The notes beneath the pieces are model-generated. The model made no database searches and had not been told where the DNA came from. It saw only the letters and a program-made list of their open reading frames with translations. 64,000 nt of DNA from NCBI GenBank assembly GCA_051531975.1, contig JAOPTT010000002.1, positions 217,968 through 281,967 on the forward strand, given 5' to 3'. Shown piece by piece: positions 50,256 through 60,657 of the stretch. Numbering within the stretch: the first letter of the stretch is position 1; each line of letters begins with the position of its first letter. The DNA is from Spirochaetaceae bacterium (lineage in GTDB: Bacteria > Spirochaetota > Spirochaetia > DSM-2461). The position numbers and the translations under genes are program-made.

Positions 50256-51146
50256 TTAACTTTTAACCCTACCCATAATAATAGTTCTTCCAGCAGAAAA
50301 TTTTATCTCTTTAGTAACGATAATACTGTCTGGTAATTTTTTTAATATCTGATCAGGGAATATTACACAGAAACTTTTAATATATGGTATCCAAGCTTCA
50401 AACAGTCTTAATGAGAGGTCTACAACTGTTGTATCCCATGATCTATCAGCTGGGAAATCGCTAACTAAACAACAATCCTTTATCCATGGATCAAAAGCAT
50501 CTTTTTTCTGTATTTTAATATCTAAATTAAGGTTATCCCTATTTATTCGAGCTTTTCTTAACATGTTATAGTTATTATCTGCCATGTATGTTTTTTTATT
50601 TCTTAACATTGCTGCCAAAGGAATTAGTCCAGTACCACAACATGGATCAACAATTGTCTGATCACCAACAATATTAACCATTGCTAATGCCGCCTGGGAA
50701 GTAAGAGATACTGAAGTACGTTGGGTAATCAAACTCATCTGATCTAAGATACTATTCTTCTTTTCTGTAAGGAACCCTGCAATCCATACTTTTTCATCTG
50801 GAGTGAATACTAAAATAATAGAAGCTGGATTTGAAGCTCGAACTACTCCACCATGGATCTCTTCTGCAAGGGCAGCATATGTTAAAGAGCCCCGGCGTCT
50901 TTTTCTTGAAACCTTTTCCATCCTGTAAGGAGATGGTATATCCTGGTCGAAGTTTTTTATAGCGTCCTCTGCACTTTCACCTCTAGAGACCTCTTTTACA
51001 CTAAAAGAAGCGTATGCACTCCCAGATAGATCAAAAGTATCTCCAGAAAAATACCTATTAGAGTTTTGTTTTAAACCTGCTGATAACATCTCTGCTAATG
51101 ATAATTCTTCAAATCCATGTGGTGCAGTTCTATATACCCAGATCAT
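50256..51146 (-). CDS. Class I SAM-dependent methyltransferase (TRM11/RNA methylase-like)
   Basis: VDPCCGTGLI, AR.N, DFP. Confidence 0.65.
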   Translation of the reverse strand: MIWVYRTAPHGFEELSLAEMLSAGLKQNSNRYFSGDTFDLSGSAYASFSVKEVSRGESAEDAIKNFDQDIPSPYRMEKVSRKRRRGSLTYAALAEEIHGGVVRASNPASIILVFTPDEKVWIAGFLTEKKNSILDQMSLITQRTSVSLTSQAALAMVNIVGDQTIVDPCCGTGLIPLAAMLRNKKTYMADNNYNMLRKARINRDNLNLDIKIQKKDAFDPWIKDCCLVSDFPADRSWDTTVVDLSLRLFEAWIPYIKSFCVIFPDQILKKLPDSIIVTKEIKFSAGRTIIMGRVKS

Positions 51147-51331
51147 TTATATGGTACTCCTCTAGTGTTTTATTAGGTGTTAAAAAATTATGTTATTTTA
51201 CATACAATTTAATATTAATGATATGTTTCAATATTTAATAATTTTAGTCATATATCACTATTTATTGCGAATCCCATAAACATGACTTAAGTTTAATATA
51301 TAGTTTTAAAAAAATCGAATTAGAGGTTATA

Positions 51332-52090
51332 ATGAAAAAGATACTTTTTATTATCTGTGAAGTAGTATTTCTGTCTATTTTTATATTTCCAGATGAGATT
51401 CCTCCAATAATTATTGGTACGGATCCATTCCCTCCATATTCAATACAAAATAACTCAGAAGAATATACCGGCTTAGCTACTGACATTATTAAAGAAATTT
51501 TAAATGAGATGGAAACACCTTATAAAATAGAAGTATATCCATGGGCAAAATCACTAATAATGTTAAAAACAGGAAAGATCCAAGCTCTATATACAATTGG
51601 AAAAACAGAAGAGCGGGAAAAAGACTTTTACTTCCCAGATGAACCACTTTGCTTTTCTAGGTGGGTATTTTTTATACGGAAAGAAGATAAAGGTATTTTA
51701 AAATACAATTCATTAGATGATTTAAAAGGTAAACAAATAGGTCTAATAAGAGACTATAAATATACTCCAGAACTTTGGGAGTTTGTAAATAAACATAAAA
51801 ACTTTTATATACTACCAGATGAAAAAACAAGCTTTAAACTATTAGCCTCAAAAAGAGTTGATTATATTATAAACGACTATATCACTGGAACAATTTTATC
51901 CAAGGAACTTGGTCTCTCAGAATCTATAACGGCTCTTAACGAAGTTCCTTTGGAAATAACACCTCTTTATATTGCTTTTAGTAAAAGTGAATACAGTGAA
52001 AAAGTTGTAAAAGAGTTTTCTACCAGGCTTAAAATATTTAAGAATAGCAGTAGATATTCAACTTTATCTAACTCTTATTTAGATCAATAA
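51332..52090 (+). CDS. Orphan family-3 substrate-binding protein
   Basis: FPPY, G...DI, PWA, T.ER, DLKG..IG, RVD, AFSK. Confidence 0.85.
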   Translation: MKKILFIICEVVFLSIFIFPDEIPPIIIGTDPFPPYSIQNNSEEYTGLATDIIKEILNEMETPYKIEVYPWAKSLIMLKTGKIQALYTIGKTEEREKDFYFPDEPLCFSRWVFFIRKEDKGILKYNSLDDLKGKQIGLIRDYKYTPELWEFVNKHKNFYILPDEKTSFKLLASKRVDYIINDYITGTILSKELGLSESITALNEVPLEITPLYIAFSKSEYSEKVVKEFSTRLKIFKNSSRYSTLSNSYLDQ

Positions 52091-52097
52091 TATTGTA

Positions 52098-52832
52098 TTA
52101 AAACATTAATTCATGGGTGAGAGGGGATTTATAATTAGGTATATGTTCTATTTTTAAACCATCTGTTTGTAGAGCATTTTCAACTATTTTTTTAACAAAG
52201 ATATGGGTATTTGCATCAGATAATAGTTCATCTACTGGCATCCAGATAGCTTTAGATATTTCTGATGGATCAATAATTATTTCAGAACTCAGAGGTTTTA
52301 ACATACAAGTAAAATATATGTCAGATTTTCCATACCTATAACCATGCCAATGTCTAAAACTATTAACAGAGATAAACTCAGTTGTTATGCCAGTCTCCTC
52401 AAAAACTTCTCTAACAACAGCATCGGAAATATGTTCCCCAGGATCTAAAGCACCTCCTGGAAGTTTATATGTTTTTATCTTATGAAACCTTTCGTGGATA
52501 ACAAGGATTCTATTTTGATCATCAATTACTACACCACCGGCACCAATATAATGTGTAGCATAACCAGGAACAAAAGCATCTTTTACTAATTTAAGGGTTA
52601 GAAGTAGTCCATTTTCATCGGCGTGGTGAAACAAAAAACCTGAATCAACAGCAGCTGAAATTAAATTAGCTTTAGATGTTGGAAGAAATAACCATATTAG
52701 TCTTGCAGTATCATTACTTAATTCTTGTATTGTTTCTTCTAAATTTAGTTTAAATGTTTTAGCATCAGTTTCTAATATCTCTGAGTCTATAACAGCCCCA
52801 CCAAACTCATTTATTTCATATTTTAATATCAT
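52098..52832 (-). CDS. NUDIX hydrolase (NUDT6-like)
   Basis: GF.FHHA N-domain; PGG..DPGE....A.REV.EETG. Confidence 0.9.
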   Translation of the reverse strand: MILKYEINEFGGAVIDSEILETDAKTFKLNLEETIQELSNDTARLIWLFLPTSKANLISAAVDSGFLFHHADENGLLLTLKLVKDAFVPGYATHYIGAGGVVIDDQNRILVIHERFHKIKTYKLPGGALDPGEHISDAVVREVFEETGITTEFISVNSFRHWHGYRYGKSDIYFTCMLKPLSSEIIIDPSEISKAIWMPVDELLSDANTHIFVKKIVENALQTDGLKIEHIPNYKSPLTHELMF

Positions 52833-52888
52833 ACATATAATTTATACGTTTTTACTAATGTTATCAAATGATAAAATACCTTATTGCA

Positions 52889-54580
52889 TTAGCTGGACAT
52901 TCTATTATAAATTTCTTCCATCTGTTTGTGTAGCTTTAAAAAAGCTTTAAAAACAACCGGTCCAAAAATATCTTCACCAGATCTACCAGTTCTATCATCG
53001 GTGGTTAAGATATTAAGAGTCTTTTCATGACTAAACCCATCTTTATATTGCCTTGGACTTCTAAGGGCATCATACCTATCAGCTAAAGATACAATTAAAC
53101 ACTCTATTGGTATTTCATCTGCCTTTAAAGGCCTACATTTGGAATAAAAGCCTGGTTCAGTAGAGAGTTCCTCCACCATATTTCCATTAGTATTTATTAA
53201 AGCTGGATATCCAGAACCTGACCACTCTTGATGATGTAATAAAGAGATTTTTTTTGCCAATTCTAATCTAGGATCATCTTCGACACCTCTACTTATCATT
53301 TTCTCGATTATCTGTGCACCATAAATTGGATGCATCTGCATTAATTCTCTCTCGGCTGGAGTATATATTCTATCAATTTTAATTATGTCTGGTATGGCAA
53401 CCTTCCCGATATCGTGAATTGCAGCAACTTGTCCTATCCAAACAGATGTCTTTTCATCTAGATTTAACTCTCTAGCAATTAATTCCGAATAATAATTAAC
53501 TCTATAAATATGTTGCCCTGTTATTTCATCACTAAATTCTGCTGCTGCACAGAGCCCATCAATTGCTTCTAAGAACCTTAAGTCATTCTTCTTTGCCATA
53601 TCGATTAAAGTACTTATAATCCTGGTATTATCTAATAAAGCTTCCATTGCTTTTAAATCATAGCTGGTTATTTCAGATTTTTTATTAAAAGTGATAATTG
53701 AAATATTTTCTTTATGATAATTTATAAAGTTAGTAATATCGAAACCCATAAATTCCTTAATTTTATTATCAAAAGGATAAATTGATTCAAACTCTGTTTG
53801 GTTGTTATAATTTGATTTAGAATCCGTTACAATTTTATTTTTTTGTCTAGATATATTAATCGGTGCTGAACTATCAGAACTTATAGCTATAGATTCTGAC
53901 TTCACTAAAACACCATTATCAATACGATATGCATGGCCGTTTAATGAACCACTATAATTTAACTGAGTAATAAACAGTCCTGAGTAATCTTTTTTTAATA
54001 CAAGAGCCGATAGTCTATCATATACATCATTAGTATATATAAGATCATCTAATGAGTTTAAAATATCATTACTGAAATGTTTTTGTACTTCTAGTTTAAG
54101 ATCAAGGTTACGACTCAGGGTAATATCATGCAACCACACAAGTGAATTATTATTTACAACTTTAATACTTGCGCTATACCATTTTTTTAATTTAATTGAG
54201 AAAACTTGGTCTTCATTTTTAAGTTTTTTATCTCTTAAAGTTATTAGATCAGATAGTTTTTTTATTCCATGCTCTTTGAAAAGATGTTCCGTTTTTCCTG
54301 CAGCTGCAACAATATTCCCATTTTCATCCATTACAAAAGCTGGATCATTATTCTCTTGAGGAAGAAGTAATAAAATATCTTTTTTTCTATTTTTAAACAT
54401 AACTGCTGCTTTAGAAAATGATTGAACAAAGATAGGAACTAAAAACGGTGTTAAATTAGAAAAGATATATCCTGTTGTAATCAGATTTATAATTAACCCA
54501 ACAATAAATGAAATTAGATAATTTAAAGGTTTAATCAATTCTAAAAAGATAAGTTTTGCCATAATAATAATTTTTTTCAT
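52889..54580 (-). CDS. HD-GYP c-di-GMP phosphodiesterase
   Basis: TG.H..RV, HDIGK, HHQ.W.GSGYP, AD.YDAL...R.YK; N-terminal TM and PAS/GAF-like region. Confidence 0.88.
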   Translation of the reverse strand: MKKIIIMAKLIFLELIKPLNYLISFIVGLIINLITTGYIFSNLTPFLVPIFVQSFSKAAVMFKNRKKDILLLLPQENNDPAFVMDENGNIVAAAGKTEHLFKEHGIKKLSDLITLRDKKLKNEDQVFSIKLKKWYSASIKVVNNNSLVWLHDITLSRNLDLKLEVQKHFSNDILNSLDDLIYTNDVYDRLSALVLKKDYSGLFITQLNYSGSLNGHAYRIDNGVLVKSESIAISSDSSAPINISRQKNKIVTDSKSNYNNQTEFESIYPFDNKIKEFMGFDITNFINYHKENISIITFNKKSEITSYDLKAMEALLDNTRIISTLIDMAKKNDLRFLEAIDGLCAAAEFSDEITGQHIYRVNYYSELIARELNLDEKTSVWIGQVAAIHDIGKVAIPDIIKIDRIYTPAERELMQMHPIYGAQIIEKMISRGVEDDPRLELAKKISLLHHQEWSGSGYPALINTNGNMVEELSTEPGFYSKCRPLKADEIPIECLIVSLADRYDALRSPRQYKDGFSHEKTLNILTTDDRTGRSGEDIFGPVVFKAFLKLHKQMEEIYNRMSS

Positions 54581-54761
54581 ATAAATAATATTATGTCGAC
54601 TCTGTATATTATGCAACATTATTGAACTTTTTGTATTGTTAATTTCAGTATTTCAATTAAAACTGATATTTTATTTGATCTTACTCTCTTTTTTTGTGTT
54701 TTGGGAAGAAATGACTAATTCTGTTGTTTATAAGATTATACAATTATGATTATTATTATCA

Positions 54762-54790
54762 TTTACAAGCAGTAAAACCTTTGTTATAGT
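54762..54790 (+). promoter_or_regulatory. Sigma70 promoter of the ABC-F leader
   Basis: TTTACA-17-TATAGT with extended -10 TGn. Confidence 0.7.
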
Positions 54791-54814
54791 TAAATTATTA
54801 AGAAAGGATGACCG

Positions 54815-54862
54815 ATGAAAATTACCGTATTAAATGCAAAGAAATTTGAAAGAGACATTTAG
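54815..54862 (+). CDS. Leader peptide MKITVLNAKKFERDI
   Basis: AAAGGA RBS, 15 codons, tandem TAG TAG stops, directly upstream of a terminator. Confidence 0.72.
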   Translation: MKITVLNAKKFERDI

Positions 54863-54885
54863 TAGGTAATTATAATCTTATATAT

Positions 54886-54914
54886 AAACCCGAGGCTAAT
54901 GTCTCGGGTTTTTT
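54886..54914 (+). terminator. Attenuator terminator in the ABC-F leader
   Basis: 11-bp stem aaacccgaggc-taat-gtctcgggttt plus T tract; no long + strand gene upstream for it to terminate. Confidence 0.85.
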
Positions 54915-55012
54915 ATTTATAACTAATTTTTACAAAAAAACAGGAGAGAGAACATGAAAATTAAGCAGATGGAAAACAAAACAAAGAGAACTAAAACAGA
55001 AGGAAGTCAATT

Positions 55013-56575
55013 TTGCTTATACAGGGACAAAAAATATCATATAGATATAAAACAAACAGTGAATATACATTAGAAGATATCTCATTTAGATTAGACAACA
55101 AAAGTAAAGTTGGACTAATTGGAGATAATGGAACAGGAAAATCAACACTACTTAAAATATTAATTGGTCAATTAAAACCAGAGGGTTTATTAACCAATAG
55201 TATGGAGATAGCATATCTATCCCAGGAAGTAGAAACAGAATCAAATAAAGTAATAGACCTACTCTATTTAAAGAAGGAAAAGTTATTAAATCTACGGATT
55301 GCAATCGAAGCGTTCCAAGATGATGACTGCACTATATTTTCTGATTATCAGGAAGCAGGTGGTTGGGATTACGAAGTCCAGATTGATAAATGGTTAACTA
55401 GATTTAACTTTACAAAAAAAGACCTATACAGAGATTTAATAGAGTTAAGTGGTGGTGAGAAAACAAAGATTAATCTAATTTCCCTACTCTTACAAGATCC
55501 TGATATTCTACTGCTAGATGAACCAACAAATCACCTCGATTTAGAATCAACTCTATGGTTAGAATCATTTCTTAAAAGTCATAAAACCCCTTACATTATT
55601 ATTAGTCACGATAGAGAGTTTTTAGATAATATAACGACTACAACGTGGGAAATAGAAGATAACAGGCTAGAAGAGTATTCAGGAAACTACAGCTTTTATA
55701 AAAAGATGAAGGAAGAAAAATACAATCTAGAGATGCATCTCTACCAAGAGCAATGTAAAAAGGTTAACAAGCTAAAAAAGTCTTTAAAAGATAGGAAGGA
55801 CTGGGGCTTAAGTCACCAAGCCCAGACAGGGCCTAATGGTTATGCACCAATTTACGAAGAGTTAAAAAACAAAGCCAAAAATACAATGAGAAATGCAATG
55901 GTTCTAGAAAATAGGATTCACCTACTAATTGAAAAAGAGGAGAAGAAGAAACCAACTATAAAAGAGAGTGCAAGAATTGTATTTGAACAGAACCTTGGAA
56001 AAGCAGGTAAAAATTGCATAACCATGGAAAATCTAGGTAAATCATTTACTAAAAACCTCTTTAGTGACCTTAATTTAGTAGTTAAACATGGGGAAAGAGT
56101 TGCTGTTACTGGATTAAATGGTTCAGGAAAAACTACCCTACTTAAAATGATTATGGGTTTGGATATAAATTATTCTGGACGGATATTTATTCCAAAAAAT
56201 GTTTTAATATCATACTTTAGCCAAGAGTACGAAGATTTAAACCATAAAAATTCTATTTTAGATGAAATAACAGATGGCGAACTTTCAAACCAAGGGAATG
56301 TAAGACGCTCTTTAGCATCTATAGGATTTAAAGCTGATGATGTATTTAGAATTATAGAAGAGTTAAGTCCAGGGGAGAAAAGTAAGGTAGCACTAGTTAA
56401 GGCAATGTTATCTAATACGAACCTCTTAATTCTAGACGAACCTACAAATCATTTAGAAATTAGAACACGGGAAGTTGTAGAAGAAGCTCTATTAAACTAT
56501 AAAGGAACCATAATTTTTGTATCCCATGACAGAAGGTTTACAAAAAAAGTAGCAACTTCAACTTTTAATTTATAG
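55013..56575 (+). CDS. ABC-F ATPase, ribosomal-protection (ARE)-like
   Basis: Two NBDs (GDNGTGKS/LSGGE/DEPTNHLD; GLNGSGKT/LSPGE/DEPTNHLE), no TM helices, long interdomain linker. Confidence 0.9.
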   Translation: MLIQGQKISYRYKTNSEYTLEDISFRLDNKSKVGLIGDNGTGKSTLLKILIGQLKPEGLLTNSMEIAYLSQEVETESNKVIDLLYLKKEKLLNLRIAIEAFQDDDCTIFSDYQEAGGWDYEVQIDKWLTRFNFTKKDLYRDLIELSGGEKTKINLISLLLQDPDILLLDEPTNHLDLESTLWLESFLKSHKTPYIIISHDREFLDNITTTTWEIEDNRLEEYSGNYSFYKKMKEEKYNLEMHLYQEQCKKVNKLKKSLKDRKDWGLSHQAQTGPNGYAPIYEELKNKAKNTMRNAMVLENRIHLLIEKEEKKKPTIKESARIVFEQNLGKAGKNCITMENLGKSFTKNLFSDLNLVVKHGERVAVTGLNGSGKTTLLKMIMGLDINYSGRIFIPKNVLISYFSQEYEDLNHKNSILDEITDGELSNQGNVRRSLASIGFKADDVFRIIEELSPGEKSKVALVKAMLSNTNLLILDEPTNHLEIRTREVVEEALLNYKGTIIFVSHDRRFTKKVATSTFNL

Positions 56576-56587
56576 TAAGGAAAAATT

Positions 56588-56609
56588 AGGACTACCATAA
56601 GGTAGTCCT
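56588..56609. terminator. Hairpin between convergent genes
   Basis: aggactacc-ataa-ggtagtcct. Confidence 0.75.
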
Positions 56610-56616
56610 TTAATAA

Positions 56617-58698
56617 CTATTTTTTTAATATTTTAATCCCATAGGGTTTAATTTCCCACTTTAAACCTCTGTTAAAATCTATTAAACACTCATATTCTGA
56701 TGCTGTTTTAAACTCTTCACTGTTGGAGCTGAAGTTCATAACAAATAGATATTCATTATTGATATCAGTCCTTTTTTGAAAGTTTAATAAACCTGTAAAA
56801 CTGTCTATCTGCTCCAAATTAGAGCTTAAATCACAACTAGTAATTAATTTATTATAGAACTTACCTAAATCCTCTACATCCATTCTACCAGCGATATGCA
56901 TAGCCTCCCCCTTACCATAATGATTAATAGTTACAGATGCTTTGCCGTCTGCAATTCCTCCACTAAACGTTGATAAAGTTTTAGCCGTTTTTAGATTAAC
57001 GATCTCGTAGTAGTCCTTAATAGTGGCACTCTTTTTTGTATTACAATCGATACTTTTTATACTTTCAAACTGATGAAGAACATCGATCTGTTCAATATTT
57101 ATTCCTAAAATTTCTGTTAATGGCCCAGGAGCTCCACCCTCAAAACATAGATCTGTTTCATTTACATAACCAGTCTGGTAAGTGGTTATAAGAGTTCCAC
57201 CATTTTTAACAAATTTTTCTATAGTTTTAACCATCTGTTTATTAACCATATGTAACATTGGAGCTACTAAAACTTTATAACCTTTTAGGGAATCCTCACC
57301 AGAAACGATATCCATCTGAATACCTTTGTCCCATAGCGCATAATAATGCTTTTTTATAGTTTCAAGGTATGCTTTTTGTCGGGTATTTATTGGACCTTGG
57401 CTATTTTCAAATGCCCATCTATTTTCCCAATTAAACAAAAGAGCAACTTCAGATTTATACTCTGATTTTGATAATGGTTTTATATCTTTAAGTATCTGGC
57501 CTAATTTTTTTGACTCTTTAAATGTCCTTGTTTCATTTGATCCACTATGATCAACAACTGTACCGTGGAATTTCTCTGAACTACCTTTACTACTTCTCCA
57601 CTGAAAATATTGTACAGAGTTAGAACCGTGGGCTATGGCTTGTAGACTTGTTAATATATTCATACCTGGCTTTTTAAGTTTGCTTATTTTTTGCCAGTTA
57701 ACATTTGTAGGAGTACTCTCCATAAGTAAAAAGTGCCCATTACCAATTGATCTAAAAAGGTCATGGTTAAATGCAACTTCAGAAGCTCTTCTATAATCAT
57801 CTACAGGTATATCTTCTATAGAATCAGGTATGAATTGAAAACCAGGTAGATGCCAGGCTGGGTAAGAGTCCCAAGATGAGACATCTATTTCATCCCTAAA
57901 CTTCCAATAATCAAGAAGAAAGTCGGTGTTTGGATCATCGGCAACTTGCATCATATTTGTAGTGGTTGGAATATCTGTACTAACTTCTCTTAATGTTTTT
58001 ATCTCGGACTTCATAAAATCTATGGTTTTAAATGTTATAAACCGTTTCCAGTCTAAGTTTTTAGCATGTAGAGTAGAATCACCATGGGGAACAGGAGAGT
58101 GAATAAAATTCCAATCAGTTATTTTATGAGACCAAAAAATTGACCACCAGGCCCGGTTTAAATTATCTAAAGTTTTATATCTATCTTTTAACCAATCTCT
58201 AAAACCTTCTTGGCAAAGTTCACAGTGACAATCTCCACCATACTCATTGGAGAGATGCCATAATATTACAGCTGGATGTTTTGCATATCTAGCTGCTAAT
58301 TTACTATTTATTAAATGTAGTTTTTCTCTATATATAGGAGAACTATAACAGTGATTATGTCTTTCTCCATAAATATTTCTTTGTCCATTTTCAGATGTTC
58401 TTAATACCTCAGGATATTTATGTGCTAACCAGCTAGGTCTTGCCCCAGATGGAGTTGATAAAAAAACCTTAATACCAGCGGAATGCAGATTATCTAAAAT
58501 ATCATCTAACCATTCAAATGTAAAAACACCTTCTGTAGCTTCTATTGTACTCCAAGAGAACATTCCTAGGGCTACAACTGTTATATTAGCTTGCTTCATT
58601 AGTTCTATATCAGACTTTAATATATCAGGCCTATCTAACCACTGGTCAGGATTATAGTCTGCTCCATATAACATATCGTCGGTTATTTTCCATTTCAT
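56617..58698 (-). CDS. GH42 beta-galactosidase
   Basis: GADYNPDQW, WH.SNEY, C.C..C, LMES, YFQWR..EKFHG. Confidence 0.94.
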   Translation of the reverse strand: MKWKITDDMLYGADYNPDQWLDRPDILKSDIELMKQANITVVALGMFSWSTIEATEGVFTFEWLDDILDNLHSAGIKVFLSTPSGARPSWLAHKYPEVLRTSENGQRNIYGERHNHCYSSPIYREKLHLINSKLAARYAKHPAVILWHLSNEYGGDCHCELCQEGFRDWLKDRYKTLDNLNRAWWSIFWSHKITDWNFIHSPVPHGDSTLHAKNLDWKRFITFKTIDFMKSEIKTLREVSTDIPTTTNMMQVADDPNTDFLLDYWKFRDEIDVSSWDSYPAWHLPGFQFIPDSIEDIPVDDYRRASEVAFNHDLFRSIGNGHFLLMESTPTNVNWQKISKLKKPGMNILTSLQAIAHGSNSVQYFQWRSSKGSSEKFHGTVVDHSGSNETRTFKESKKLGQILKDIKPLSKSEYKSEVALLFNWENRWAFENSQGPINTRQKAYLETIKKHYYALWDKGIQMDIVSGEDSLKGYKVLVAPMLHMVNKQMVKTIEKFVKNGGTLITTYQTGYVNETDLCFEGGAPGPLTEILGINIEQIDVLHQFESIKSIDCNTKKSATIKDYYEIVNLKTAKTLSTFSGGIADGKASVTINHYGKGEAMHIAGRMDVEDLGKFYNKLITSCDLSSNLEQIDSFTGLLNFQKRTDINNEYLFVMNFSSNSEEFKTASEYECLIDFNRGLKWEIKPYGIKILKK

Positions 58699-58892
58699 TT
58701 TATACCACCTAAATTTCGTTTATATAATATTACATGGTGTTTCCCAAATTGACTTCTATCAATTTAATAGAGGACTAACAATTACCAAGATAATGTGGAA
58801 ACACCTATTGTATTGGGAATGCCTATTGATTTGTTAGTATATGCATAACTCTTTTAGACCTACCATAAAAAACATAGATAAGGATGGTTTAA

Positions 58893-60371
58893 ATGATTAA
58901 TTATATAATTAATACAAATGCAAAAAAATCTAAGATCAATAAAAATATTTATGGGCATTTTTCTGAACATCTAGGTAGATGTATATATGAAGGTCTATTT
59001 GTAGGTCCTGAATCAGAAATTGAAAATGTAGATGGTATTAGGACAGATGTTGTAAATGCACTAAAAAATATGAAAATACCAGTCTTAAGGTGGCCTGGAG
59101 GTTGCTTTGCAGATGAATATCACTGGAAAGATGGTATTGGACCAAAAGAGAATCGTAAAAAAATGATAAATACCAACTGGGGTGGACTAGTTGAAGATAA
59201 TAGTTTTGGAACCCATGAGTTTATGAAACTTTGTGAACTACTAGATTGTGAACCGTATATAAATGGAAATGTTGGTAGTGGAACAGTTCAGGAGATGTCA
59301 GAATGGGTTGAATATTTAACCTTTAATGGAACCTCTCCAATGGCTAAGCTCAGGGAAGAAAATGGTAATAAAAATCCATGGGATGTGAAGTATTTTGGAG
59401 TTGGTAACGAAAGCTGGGGTTGTGGTGGAAATATGCGCCCTGAATATTACGCAGACTTATATAGGCAGTTCCAGACATATGTAAGAGATTATAGTAATAA
59501 TAAAATATTTAAAATTGCTTGTGGTCCAAACGAAGATAACTATGAGTGGACCGATGTTTTAATGTCTAGAGCTGGTGAATTTATGAATGGGCTAACACTA
59601 CACTACTATACAATACCATTTGAATGGGAAAATAAAGGTTCTTCTACAATAATGAGTGATTCAGACTTTTATGTAACCATTAAAAAGACACTATTTATGG
59701 AAGAACTACTAGTTAAACACAGTAGAATTATGGATAAACACGATCCTGAAAAAAAGGTAGATCTAATTGTTGACGAATGGGGAAGTTGGTACGATGTAGA
59801 ACCTGGAACAAACCCTGGGTTTTTATACCAACAAAATACAATGAGAGATGCATTAATAGCAGGAATAAATCTTAATATCTTTAATAAACACTCAGATAGG
59901 GTTCGTATGGCAAATATTGCCCAGGTTGTTAATGTTCTTCAGGCTGTTATATTAACAGATGGTAAAAAAATGATATTAACCCCAACATATCATGTTTTTG
60001 AAATGTTTAAAGATCACCAGGACAATATACTTCTAGAAAGTTCTATAGATTCTGATTTGGTAGGAACTAAGGGTAGTGAAGTAACAGAGTTAATAGAGTC
60101 GGCATCAGTAAATGAAAATGGGGACATAATTATAACAATATGTAACCTTGATATCTATAAAGAGAAACAGATAAATACCCTTTTAGTTGGTTTTAATTGT
60201 AAATCTTTAACAGGTGAAATTATATCTGGAAAGATGGACGACCATAATACTTTTGAAGTCCCTGAATCTGTAATCAAAAACAATTTTGATAACTTTACAA
60301 TAACAGATAATGGTTTTGAAGCTGTTATCCCACCTTGCTCTATAGTTAAGATAGTTGCAAAAAACTCGTGA
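58893..60371 (+). CDS. GH51 alpha-L-arabinofuranosidase
   Basis: [46 protein letters not shown]. Confidence 0.95.
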   Translation: MINYIINTNAKKSKINKNIYGHFSEHLGRCIYEGLFVGPESEIENVDGIRTDVVNALKNMKIPVLRWPGGCFADEYHWKDGIGPKENRKKMINTNWGGLVEDNSFGTHEFMKLCELLDCEPYINGNVGSGTVQEMSEWVEYLTFNGTSPMAKLREENGNKNPWDVKYFGVGNESWGCGGNMRPEYYADLYRQFQTYVRDYSNNKIFKIACGPNEDNYEWTDVLMSRAGEFMNGLTLHYYTIPFEWENKGSSTIMSDSDFYVTIKKTLFMEELLVKHSRIMDKHDPEKKVDLIVDEWGSWYDVEPGTNPGFLYQQNTMRDALIAGINLNIFNKHSDRVRMANIAQVVNVLQAVILTDGKKMILTPTYHVFEMFKDHQDNILLESSIDSDLVGTKGSEVTELIESASVNENGDIIITICNLDIYKEKQINTLLVGFNCKSLTGEIISGKMDDHNTFEVPESVIKNNFDNFTITDNGFEAVIPPCSIVKIVAKNS

Positions 60372-60625
60372 TTTATTGTAGAAAATGTAATGAGTTTTCT
60401 GATGATTCTATGGAACTTAAAAGTAAAATTGAGACCTATATTTCAGATATAAAACAAGAGAACAGAACAACTGAAGAAGTTTACAACAATCGTTTAATGG
60501 TTTGTGAAACATGTGACAAATTAATAAATGGAGTTTGCGGAGTTTGTGGCTGCTTTGTACTTGTTAGAGCAGCAATGTTAAATCAGAGCTGTTCCAATCC
60601 TAAAAAAGATTTGTGGAACAGTTAA
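60368..60625 (+). CDS. Small Cys-rich protein (DUF6171-like)
   Basis: CxxC, R...CxxC, G.C..CGCFV..RA.....C; GTGA overlap with the GH51 stop. Confidence 0.75.
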   Translation: MIYCRKCNEFSDDSMELKSKIETYISDIKQENRTTEEVYNNRLMVCETCDKLINGVCGVCGCFVLVRAAMLNQSCSNPKKDLWNS

Positions 60626-60657
60626 TAAATAAGAATTAAAAGAAATAAGAGTTTATA

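Noticed and set aside
54620..54760. Possible gene remnant or sRNA between the HD-GYP gene and the ABC-F leader
   Set aside because: No recognisable protein similarity or stable structure could be seen by eye.
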